64,000 nt of DNA from Octopus sinensis (taxonomy: Eukaryota), in contig NC_043018.1 in NCBI RefSeq assembly GCF_006345805.1, forward strand, positions 7,130,001-7,194,000, written 5' to 3'. The position numbers were made by a program, and so were the translations under genes. The notes beneath the pieces were generated by a model, which did not search any database, had not been told where the DNA came from, and was given only the letters and a program-made list of their open reading frames with translations. Below, piece after piece: positions 41,175-52,438 of the stretch. The first letter of the stretch is position 1. Each line of letters opens with the position of its first letter.

Positions 41175-42180
41175 TTGTCTTATTTTTATCACATGTTTTC
41201 ACTGCATTACTGAGTTCAGCTCTGTGTGCCTTGAGTATGTGCTGTGGTTTGTCATGATTCTCTTATTTTCGCTGTATTGAAAATTTTACATGTCACCGAC
41301 ACTGGCGTCCATGTCAGTGACACGTAAAAAGCACCAACCAATCGCAGCCATTTGCCAGCCCCCTCTGGCCCTCTGCCGGTGGCACGTAAAAGGCACCCAC
41401 TACACTTATGGAGTGGTTGACATTAGGAAGGGCATCCAGCTGTAGAAACACTGCCAGATCAGACTGGAGCCTGGTGCAGCCTCCTGGCTTCCCAGACCCC
41501 AGTCGAACTGTCCAACCCATGCTAGCATGGAAAACGGACGTTAAATGATGATGATGATGACAATGAGAGTGCTTTACATAGGATGTGTGTGGTGCCTTGC
41601 TGTGCTATTTTCCATGTGTTATACGTATTCGTAAGAACTGGTGTTTGGTTATGTATTTATCTGAATGCTTTTTAATCATACCTAATGCACCTTTCATTAT
41701 AGGGATTGTTTCTATTTTTAGGCTCCACATTAGGGTTATTTCTACTTCCAGATCTTTGTACTTTGAGAGTTTCTCTGTTTCTTTAGAGATACACTGTCAA
41801 CTGTTGGAATTGATACATTGATTAGAAGGTATTTTTTTCTTGGTGATCTCTGACAACTATATCCAGTCTATTAGCCTTGATTTCTCTATCTGTGTGTATT
41901 GGTATATCCCATAATATGGTTGCCTTGTTATTTTCCAAGACCTTTTCTGAGATATGCCTTTACCATCTTTTTTTCTGTTGCCATTTCATAGTGTTGGCAT
42001 GGCTTCCAGTGTATATAGGTCCCAACTCTGTCATGTCTATGTGTGTGTATATATATATATATTCCTTCTTAGCCAGGACTAGGCAACCAGATTTATTGTT
42101 TCTTCTCCATCACCACATATTTTGCCATTACTTATTGTATCTTTCTTCATTTTGTTGTTTCTGATGATTTCTGGTGGGGA
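41095..42180 (-). mobile_element. R4/Dong-type 3' region, fourth family, interrupted by an RTE tail
   Basis: SGCLVLAKKEY, HDRVGTYIHW, ILWDIPIHTDREIKANRLDIVV, EKLSKYKDLEVEI; 3' UTR at 41170-41290 with a long (aat)n tail. Confidence 0.85.
41290..41562 (+). mobile_element. RTE 3' UTR fragment (family F)
   Basis: Family F tail with (gat)n. Confidence 0.85.
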
Positions 42181-42344
42181 GGCTTTGATCTTTAGCCGCA
42201 ATTAAAAATAAGTTCAGTCCCTGCTTTGAGTCCTGAACTTATCAACCATTGTTGGGATTTTACTTTGTCTATTTCTTTTCTGTGTAGTTTATCCCAATAT
42301 TTGCTATGTAAGGGCTTTTCTTGCCATCATTTTATCATGTTCTT

Positions 42345-43750
42345 TCGTTGTTCCAGTTTGGTCGCCTCCAAAGTGGAGATGGCCAACACCATCCTAAACA
42401 AATATGAGTCAGTTGCAGGGGCTAAAATCAATGCTGACAAATCTGTGAGTTTGCGATTGGGCTCCTCGAGAGGCAGGATAATGCCATCGGATGGTGTCAT
42501 CAGACACTGGTCTGATGGACCAGTTAAACTGTTCAGAGTCAGGTTTGGTACTGTCCTTCAGGTTGATAAGAACTGGGATGAGGTGGCAAGCAGAGTGGCC
42601 AGTCTTACCCAGAAATGGGCTCAGAGGACGCTGTCCCTTAAAGGTCAGGCAGAGGTGGCAAATGCTTACATCACCTCCATTATCATTTATTGCCTGACTA
42701 TCATGTCTTGTCCTGGTCACTGCTTGACCAGGCTGGAGCGTCTCTCATTTAAATTCTTGTAGAAGGGACACTTTGCAATGGTCAGGTGGTCAGTCTGTTG
42801 CCAGCATCAACTGAGTGACAGATTAGGTATGCTGTGGATCCTAATGCACTGATGCACTCTAACATTACGCCACCTGCAATGATTTCTGGATGGAGAGTGT
42901 GTGTGGGCTCCATTTGCGAGGGTTGTCTTTCTACAGCTCATCTCCTTGACAGAGCTGCAGTCCTGGTGAAGAAATGACTGAGACTGGGTCCCTGACACCT
43001 AGAATGTCATCAGGCACTCACAGCCCTCCACCAGTCAAGCAATGGGATCAGCGGATCTTAAAGAAGATTATTGGTGGGGAAGTGCGACGATGTTTTGAGG
43101 AAGTTCTGAGTGCTGACGAAAATGAACTGGCTAGTCTGTTCAGGAGGACTTTCTAATAACTATCATGGATAATTTCCAGATGTCCTTGGCCTGGCAGTGC
43201 TACCAGTTCAAGATAAGCTCTACAGGCATAGATGTGCTGACAGAGGGGCTTGTCCAAGGTGCACGCAGAGCAACAAAACCATTCTGCATGCCCTCAGTGT
43301 GACTTGTGAGGTTATGTTGAACAGCTGCTGTCATGTGTGGAACATATCCATCTGTTGGCCAAATCTGTAGTGATGATCTCACCACTGCCCTCCTTCAATT
43401 GGGCAGGCACAGCAATTTTCCTTGCCTGGTGGCTGTGGTGAAAGAGGTTGTTTGGTGGACAAGCCTGAAAAGCATGAGGACAGATACATTCCTCTTTGGT
43501 AAAGCTCTCAATGTCTTCAAGTTTCATTGGAAAATGAAATTGAAAGTAGAGAGGGAAGTGTTGACCTCGAGTTAGTTTATTGAAAGGTTGGTGAAAGTTG
43601 CGAAAATGGCAAGAGTGGATGGTACTTCTCTAAGTGTAGACCTGTGAGTCATAGAGAAGGAATTCGGGAGGGCACTTACTCTTGGGGTTTCAGGGAAATC
43701 TTGGACAGTGGGTTTCCTTGATTATCCCTAGAGGCCTTCCTGTATCAGGA
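42345..43750 (+). mobile_element. Decayed L1/Tx1-type LINE, 3' part of ORF2
   Basis: YESVAGAKINADKS, NWDEVASRV..W..RTLSLKG.AEV, C-terminal CPRC...ILHAL knuckle; many stops. Confidence 0.85.
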
Positions 43751-43754
43751 AGGT

Positions 43755-43925
43755 AAGGTGGTGAGCTGGCAGAAACGTTAGCACGCCGGGCGAAATGCGT
43801 AGCCGTATTTCGTCTGCCGTTACGTCCTGAGTTCAAATTCCACCAAGGTCGACTTTGCCTTTCATCCTTTCGGGGTCGATTAAATAAGTACCAGTTACGC
43901 ACTGGGGTCGATGTAATCGACTTTC
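43755..43925 (+). mobile_element. SINE family B, 3'-truncated
   Basis: Well-preserved head and core. Confidence 0.85.
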
Positions 43926-44044
43926 TCTCTTTCTTTCATTTTTTTTTTTTATCGTTTCATTATGTGTAAACTCCACACTTAATACAGTTCTATATTTACA
44001 TTATTTACATTTGATGGATATTTGTCCTGATCTTGTTTGTTGCT

Positions 44045-44090
44045 AACACAACATTTCGGCTGATATACCCTCCAGCCTTCATCAGGTGTC
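44045..44090 (-). ncRNA. Minimal hammerhead-like fold in a Penelope pLTR-like fragment (43980-44140)
   Basis: gacac-CTGATGA-a-ggctg..cagcc-GAAA-tgTT-gtgtt; stem III is a near-palindrome (probably aacgtt with CpG decay). Confidence 0.6.
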
Positions 44091-44139
44091 TTGGGGAAAT
44101 TTTGAACCTGGGTTCTCATTCCTAAGATATTTTTCGATG

Positions 44140-44157
44140 TTGTTATTATTATTATTA

Positions 44158-44235
<78 letters not shown>

Positions 44236-44707
44236 GTTTGACTTTTGCTTTATATTTGTACAAGTTGGCTCCAAGTCTCACCCAGAGACCTCAAGAGACA
44301 ACAGGTTGGAAGTTCATGTTGTTATGCCTAGCGTGCCATATATTTGGGGTTTTTTTTTTTTGGTGTTGTACTAGTGAATGTCGAAAAAAAAGAAAAAGAA
44401 AAAGAAAGGAGAAAAAAAAAGAAAGAAAATTATGTTTATTTTAAACCCTAAGATTACATACAAAGTATTTTGCGTAGGATATGAGCAGTTCCCATGAGCA
44501 CTATCTTTTGAATTTCTGCCATTTTGGGGTTTCCTAGTATCTGAACTAGATAGCAATCAGCCCCTTTTGCTATCATTTCTAGGGCACCTATGACAACAGG
44601 TATGGTTTTAGTCTTCAGGTTCCACATTTTGCTGAGTTCTATTTCAAGATCTTTACATTTGCTCAGTTTTTGGTAGGTCTTGACAGATACGTTTATATCG
44701 ATGATTA

Positions 44708-44739
<32 letters not shown>

Positions 44740-44740
44740 G
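44140..44740 (-). mobile_element. 5'-truncated Dong-type copy embedded in (TAA)n, same family as 4780-8066
   Basis: VSVKTYQKLSK.KDLEIE...PVVIGALE...LMGTAHILRKILCM*; (aat)n on both flanks. Confidence 0.9.
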
Positions 44741-45728
44741 ATTAAGGTGGCAAACTGACAAGATCCTTAGTACATCTCACAAAATGCTCTCTTCATTCTG
44801 AGCTCAAATCCAACCAAGGTGGACTTCACATTTCATTCATTTGGGGATCAATAAAATATAGTACCAGCTAAGTAATGGGGTTCATGTAATCAATTTGTCC
44901 CCTTTTCCTCAAAATTGCTAACCTTGAATTAAAATTAGGACAAATTATTTTTTATTGATTAGTTGTGTTTTATTTATAATTATTAGTTACATTTATGATA
45001 TTAATCAACAGAAACTTTAATTTACAAATAAGTGATTTGCTAATTGGATCATTCAATTTCACAGGTACAATTTTATTGAGATTATTAGAAAAAGAATTAT
45101 TAAGCAATTTACGTGGAAAATTGTCATTATTAAATTACCTATTGTTAATTATTGAGGTAGACAACTTGTTTGTATTGTTAAAATTTTTAATTTTATAATT
45201 AGAAGTAATAACAGAAGTTGTAATAATAATACATTGGAATGATAATCTGGTTAAGTATCATTTTTTAAGTTTAGTATTACAGATATATTTTATTTTCTCA
45301 TCATAATCACATTGCCTTGAAGCATCTTGATAAGAAGCAGTTTTATCATAAAAATTTATTTCATTAGCTGAAAAGTGTCAAATTCTAACTAAAATATTTC
45401 CAACAAAGCTATTTGTTATAGATTTGTATACAGATGTTATGTATACAACAACAATTGATATTCAAATAATCAAACACAGCTCATAGTAAGCTCTATATCA
45501 GGTGTCTGGCTATCAAAGAAGGCACCAGTTGAGATTAGGGTTTTTTAATGTTGCCACCCTTCCAAAATTCCAGGAATCACAATGGCGCAGTGTATATAAC
45601 CATTAACCAAAATTTAGGGAAGTAAAAGAAGAAATAGCTATACTATTTGTTGACAGCTGTTTCGTATTCTGCATCCAGTTGCATCAACGGTGCTAAAGAA
45701 TCCACAACCTTTCATGCATGTATATGAT

Positions 45729-45786
<58 letters not shown>

Positions 45787-45822
45787 CTTATGTATTGTTG
45801 TATTTAGGAATGGTCATATATG

Positions 45823-45984
45823 GAGGCAGGAGTGGTTGTGTGGTAAATAGCTTGCTGACCAACCACATGGTTCTAGATTCAGTCCCACTGCATGGTACCT
45901 TGGGCAAGTGACTTCTGTTATAACCTCAGGCAAACCAAAGCCTTGTGAGTGGATTTGGTAGATGGAAACTGAAAAAGGTCCGTC

Positions 45985-46020
<36 letters not shown>

Positions 46021-46228
46021 GTGTATCTATATGTCTGTGTCTGACCCCCCAATATCACTTGACAGCCAATGCTGGTTTGTTTACGTCTCTGTATCTTAGC
46101 GGTTTGGCAAAAGAGACTGATATAATAAGTACTAGGCTTACAAAGAATAAGCCCTGGGGTCGATTCGCCTGACTAAAGGCGGTGCTCCAGCATGACCACA
46201 ATCAAATGACTGAAACAAATAAAAGAAT
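45823..46228 (+). mobile_element. SINE family A
   Basis: Colinear with other copies. Confidence 0.85.
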
Positions 46229-46254
46229 ATATATATTATATTTGTGTATATATG

Positions 46255-46302
<48 letters not shown>

Positions 46303-46385
46303 CATATACATATATATACATATATGTATATATATATGCATACATATATATATATATATATAATATATATATATTATATATATAC

Positions 46386-46416
<31 letters not shown>

Positions 46417-46492
46417 ATACATACATATATATGTACATATACATATATATATATATATATACACATTATATATATATATATATATAATATAC

Positions 46493-46543
<51 letters not shown>

Positions 46544-46577
46544 ATATATAATACATATATATATATACATATATATA

Positions 46578-46639
<62 letters not shown>

Positions 46640-46794
46640 CATATATATATACATATATATACATATATATATACATATATATACATATATATATATATAT
46701 AATATATATATATATATATAATATATATATATATCATCATCATCATCATCATCATCGTTTAGCATCCGTTTCCATGCTAGCATGATATATATAT

Positions 46795-46997
46795 ACATGT
46801 GACCTCATGAGCACCGCCAGCAATTTTTTTTCCTCTGTCTTCCCTTCTCGAGATCTTTCCTTCTCCTTTGTTTCCGACGAAGAGCTCCGCTCAAAACGTT
46901 AAACCCTCTTTCCCTTCTTTCCTGAACGTCCAATAATACTTTATTTGTTCCACGTCCTCGCGTTGCTGTGTTTTTTTGTGTTTTCTTGTTTGGATTA

Positions 46998-47003
<6 letters not shown>
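46795..47003 (+). mobile_element. Penelope pLTR-like fragment with a variant hammerhead motif
   Basis: gttt-CCGACGA-a-gagc tcc gctc-aAAA-cgTT-aaac at 46870-46904; ends in (TA)n. Confidence 0.5.
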
Positions 47004-47041
<38 letters not shown>

Positions 47042-47045
47042 AATA

Positions 47046-47148
47046 TATATAAAGAAGAGGATATTGTCACGCATCACAACATGTGTGAGTATATATATAT
47101 ATATACTCACACATGTTGTGATGCCTTACAATATCCTCTTCTTTATAT
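47046..47148. repeat. ~100-bp palindrome centred on (TA)n
   Basis: tataaagaagaggatattgt..gcatcacaacatgtgtgag(ta)nctcacacatgttgtgatgc..acaatatcctcttctttata. Confidence 0.9.
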
Positions 47149-47639
47149 AAATAGTGAAGATTGGTATTACATTAGAATAATACATATCTATCTGTCTACC
47201 TATCTATCTATCTCTCTCTCTCTATATATATATAAACACACACACATATGCATATATATATATGTGTATGGATATACACATATGTGCATGTATATGTATA
47301 TATATGCCTGTATGTTATTATTTAGTATCAATCATGGCAGAATTCATTTCTGTCTGTGAAAAATGTCATTATATATTCTAAATATGGAAATTATTATTTC
47401 TTTTTATTGATGATAAAACAATTGAATATCAAATGCATGGTTGGAGTGTGTGTGTGTGTGTGTGTGTGTGTCAATGCATGTGTGTCTGTTTGTCTGCATG
47501 GCCTGATAGTCTACAACTGAACTTTATTCATCACAGAGCTTATAACTATTTCTATTTGACCAGACAGATAACAGTGGTATATTAACTATGCTAACACTCC
47601 CCATCAATCTTCCCAACTTCTCTCTGTCTTTCTGAATGC

Positions 47640-47685
<46 letters not shown>

Positions 47686-47793
47686 GTCTCTCTCTCTATC
47701 TATCTTTCTCCCTGTCTTTCATGTATTTGTATATACATTTTAATTTATATTACTAATTTTAGACAGTAGATTATAACTATGTTGTGTTGTATG

Positions 47794-47838
<45 letters not shown>

Positions 47839-47963
47839 ATGTATATATATATATATATATATCTGTGTGTGTGTATATATACATATATATACACACATAT
47901 ATACATATATAAACACACATTTATAAATTATATACACATAAATACATACATATATATATATAT

Positions 47964-48414
47964 ATTATATAAAAGGGCTTAGTAAAATAAATTACTTTGC
48001 CGCATACTGAACTCATTAGAAATAGCAGCTAAAAAACTTTTTTAAAGCTATTTCTAATACTTAAAGAAAATCTCTCTCATATATAGTGTTTGCTTAATTC
48101 AACTCACAAAGTTTGGGGGTAAGGACATCGAAAAATCAAATGCTAAGATTTTTCGATGTCCTTACCCCCAAACTTTTGTGAGTTGAATTAAGCAAACACT
48201 ATATATGAGAGAGATTTTCTTTAAGTATTAGAAATAGCTTTAAAAAAGTTTTTTAGCTGCTATTTCTAATGAGTTCAGTATGCGGCAAAGTAATTTATTT
48301 TACTAAGCCCTTTTATATAATGTAATAATTTGAATTCGCCTTGAATGGTCCCTTTGCATACTGAACACTTGGTGAAATTGATTAATAATTAATTAATTTT
48401 GCCCTCAATTGTTG

Positions 48415-48420
<6 letters not shown>
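47964..48420. repeat. Fold-back plus conserved motif family, longest copy (~174-bp arms)
   Basis: Near-perfect palindrome at 47964-48321 with a 9-nt loop; conserved motif at about 48345-48380; then (TA)n. Confidence 0.9.
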
Positions 48421-48451
<31 letters not shown>

Positions 48452-48539
48452 GAGAGAGAGAGATTTATATATATATATATGTGTGTGTGTGTGTATTCAT
48501 CCAAAGCTAGGACCATATGCCATATGTCCCCAACACAAT

Positions 48540-48830
48540 TCAGAATCACAACACCTAAATACATTGCAATACAATTTCTTTTCCTCAACAGGCCCTGCCC
48601 TATTTAACAATGTCCCCCCAAAAAATCGATGAAGAAAAGATCCTGTTACCTTTTATCAGAATCTGGATAAATTTCTTCAAAAGAAACCAGATAAGCCACA
48701 TATACCTGAATACAACTCACCCACTGGACATGATACCACAAAACCTGGCTTAAAAATGATTTAGCAAATCCTGTCAGGTGGTGCTATTAAGTTAGACATG
48801 GCCTGGGCCAATCTTAGGTTGAAATATATC
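48540..48830 (+). mobile_element. Decayed CR1/L2-group LINE 3' end
   Basis: FSSTGPALFNNVPPK...YQNLDKFLQKKPDKPHIPEY resembles the GP.LFN.LP...LDKFL..PD.P tail. Confidence 0.5.
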
Positions 48831-49047
48831 TAAGTTTATATATATATATATGCTAGATGTGTCTAAAAAATTGTCATAATTTGATTAATAAATTCTTGTG
48901 TATTCCATCTATCATTTGCCACACACACACATATATATAAAAAACATAAAGTAAAGTGGAGGACAGATTTTCATTGGTCAAATTCCTTTATCAAAATTCA
49001 TAAACGGTATCAAACCAAACTTACAATATAAAAATATAAAATGTAAT

Positions 49048-49095
<48 letters not shown>

Positions 49096-49098
<3 letters not shown>

Positions 49099-49466
49099 TA
49101 GCACTATGACCCAGCAACGCCAGGTCATAGTGGTAGTGCATGCATATACAGCTGCATGCGTGTGCACATACACGCGAGTACTGTCCATATCTCCGACCAA
49201 TCACATACAGCTAGTTGGCATTCAATTGGCGTATCAAGTTTTGGACATTTTGATTGGGTTTTGGATAGAAAATTCACAAAAAAGTCACTTCTATTGATTT
49301 TTTAATGGCTTTGCTGGGTGACTGGGGAAATGTAAAGATGTGCACGACCACCCTTGGATGGTTTTGAATGACCATAGAAAGTGCGAGCCCTCTAACTGAA
49401 AAATTGTGGATTTGTATAAAGGACACACACACAGACAGACATTTTGCCGTTTATATATAGAGAGAT
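49096..49466 (+). mobile_element. Non-autonomous Helitron/Helentron-like element
   Basis: 5' actagcactatgacc...ggtcatagtggtagt hairpin; 3' (gaca)n tract then tttatatatagagagat, an architecture like DINE-1/Lep1-type elements. Confidence 0.55.
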
Positions 49467-49578
49467 AATGTGGCTGGTGCTATGAAGGGCTTCAAGCTAT
49501 AGAAACCATGCCAAAACTGACATTGAGGCCAAGCACAGCACAGCAGCTCATCAAATCCTTCTCAAACCATAACACACA

Positions 49579-49627
<49 letters not shown>

Positions 49628-50024
49628 AATATGAGAGGAAGAAAGGAAAATTCATGATGAGACACTTTATTCACTGCAATTGTTTCAATCCACTGTGTAC
49701 CTGCACCTCACGGGTGTACTTTAGCCTGGCACAAAGCCATCTCACCCCTTTCGAATGCTCACATGCACTTCCTTTTTGTCAAGGGGGCTTTTTTCCTTTT
49801 CCTTTCCTGTCTAAGTTACATGTGTTGATGACATGAAAGAAAAAGCATTCAGTGTCCCCTGTAATATGGCTGGTGCTATGAAGGGCTTCCAGCTATAGAA
49901 ACCAAGCCGAAACTGATACTTAGGCCAAACACAGCGCAGCAGCTCATCAGATCCTTCTCAAATGATAACAACCCATGGCAACATGGAAAACAGACATTAA
50001 ATGACGATGATCGTGATCATCCCA

Positions 50025-50310
50025 GAATAATTGCAAATGAATTTAAAAATAGACTCTACCAACATAATTATACATTTAAAACTTTGCAAAAATTGGACAC
50101 TGTGTTTGGTCTTTCAGAAATGATATGCCCATATTCTTCAATACAAAACTCTTAGATAAAGAATCAGTTTATACATAATCAAATGCTTTCTATGGCCTTT
50201 TCACCTTCAAAAGGTTACAAATCCTGAAACGGCAAACCAAAACTTTGAATAAACAAACAAGATTAATATATTCATGCCCTCACAAGAGGAGATATCTATT
50301 TAAATACAAT
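50025..50310 (+). pseudogene. Penelope-like GIY-YIG endonuclease C-terminal relic
   Basis: EFKNRLYQHNYTFK, then after a frameshift CVWSFR...LLDKESVY...LQILK...LNKQTRLIYSCPHKRRYLF, matching the FK.R..H...W.L...LNKR.E...C.H pattern of PLE endonucleases. Confidence 0.65.
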
Positions 50311-51207
50311 ATCAGCATACTAAAAGCAGTTGTATGGAATCCAAACAAAACATGACATTTTCTCTTCCCTCTTCAAGTAATATTTTTTTGCCGTAATTAG
50401 TAATAACGTTTGAGTGACCTCCCCTGTGTAGCAATCTCCTGACCTTTTCCCAAATCCATTAACATATAGTAATCTAATCAATTGAATTATTTACCCCCTA
50501 AAATAGTTTGTTTTTCAAAAACCCAGAAATGGTAAAAACACGATTCCCCCATTTAATTTTCTTTTAATAAATTCACACACTTGTTGCCATCCAACCATTT
50601 CAACAGACAGCACATTCACATACACTCATTCACACACACACACACACACTCACATACATTTGCACGCACACATACACACATGCATACATACAAATACCCG
50701 TTTGTACACACACATGTACATGCGCACACACACACACACACACATGCACACCCATATATCACTGTTGATTTCACGAAACAGACATTCACACACACAGACA
50801 GACATACATTTGCACACACATCAACATACACCCATGCACATACATGCAAACACACACATACATATACACACACACATGTATGCTCACATGCACACACAAA
50901 CACATACAGACATACACACACCTTTACATACTCATACATATGCATTTACACACATACACATGCACATACACACACACATACGCATATTTACATAGACGGG
51001 TATATGTTTCAACAAACACAGCCAACACAACACACACACATACATACACCCACATGGGTGTACATTGAAAGCAACACTGAAATCAAACGATTTAAATGAA
51101 TATTCAGACACAGAAATCCTGAAACACAAAGACCAGTAAATCGTATAAATATCACCTACACAGAACTACATATATGCATACTTGAATAAACAGTTAAATA
51201 GGTCTCT

Positions 51208-51708
51208 GAAGGCCTATGCCTCAATGGTTAGAATGTCAGGCTCATAATCAGGAGGTGGTGAGTTCAATTCCCAGATCGGGCTGTGTGTTGTGTTTTTAAG
51301 TAAGACACTTATTTCACGTTGCTCCAGTTCACTCAGCTGTAGAAATGAGTTGCAACATCACTGGTGCCAAGAACTGTATCAATCTTTGCTTTTCCTTTGG
51401 ATAACATCAGTGGCAGGGAAAGTAGGGGCTGGTATGCATGGGCGACTACTGATCATCCTTAAAACAACCTTGCTTGGACTTGTGCCTTGGAGGGTAACTT
51501 TCTAAGTGCAATCCCATGTTCAGTCATGACCAGTGGGGGGGGGGGTCTTTACCCTTTACCCTAAGTACATATAATGGTGTGGAGATAGGAGGCTGATATG
51601 CATGAGCGACTGTTTGTCTTCCATAAAACAACCTTACCTCAGAGGGTAACCTTTTAGGTGCAATCCTCTGGTCATTCATGACCGAAGGAGGTTTTTACCC
51701 TTTACCCT
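51208..51708 (+). mobile_element. SINE family E plus a partial tandem 3' copy
   Basis: Colinear with 27382-27714; tail tttaccctttaccc. Confidence 0.8.
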
Positions 51709-51732
51709 AGGTCTCTATGTATGAGTATGTTG

Positions 51733-52010
51733 TGAAGATGTGTAGCCTAGTGGTTAGGGTGTTGCTCTTGTGGCACCAACATCGTGGTTTCAATTCTTGA
51801 ATCAAGCAGTGCAATGTGTTCTTGAGCAAAACACTCCATTTCATGTTGTTACATTGCTTGATAATCACTTCAACATCTGACGTGTGGCGCATCGTGCACC
51901 TGTACAGGTAATGTCAATTTGATGGTGGGTGTGAGATAATGCATTGCTTTTTTTTCTAGCAAGGTAATCACTACAAACAAATCATCTTTACAGGTTGTCC
52001 AACGAAAATT
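51733..52010 (+). mobile_element. Decayed tRNA-derived SINE related to families D and E
   Basis: tagcctagtggttaggg head and gttcttgagcaaaacact motif. Confidence 0.55.
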
Positions 52011-52438
52011 TGCCAAACTCCCACTACATCTACACTAGGAGAGTTCACAAAATAATGTCTATAAATATATACGTACATACATACAATCATACATATATAC
52101 ATACAGGTGTGTGTGTATGTCAATACATATGCATATTTATATATCATAAACTATAAATACATATAAATACCAGTCGCCATGATTGATCACTAAATCCACA
52201 AGTTTATTTTTATTCTCTCTCTGTTTATTTCTTCATATTCCTTCCTGTTGAAGAGCGCAAGCTCGAAATGTAAAAGACTTTCTCATCTTCCTGAGCATCA
52301 AACTAATACACTCGCTTGTTGTTCCTACACCTGTCTTCATCTTTTGTTTTTCTGTATATTTCAGCTCCTGTCAAACAGTCCAACCCGTGCCAGTCCAAAC
52401 AGTCCAAAGCGAAAATTAAGGGATGATGATATATATAT

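Noticed and set aside
45640-45685. Half hammerhead on the minus strand (cagaatac-GAAA-cagctg-TC-aacaa)
   Set aside because: The CUGANGA half is absent.
48250-48366. Twister- or pistol-like words (aagccc, ggtccc, aaatag)
   Set aside because: Order and pairing do not fit either consensus.
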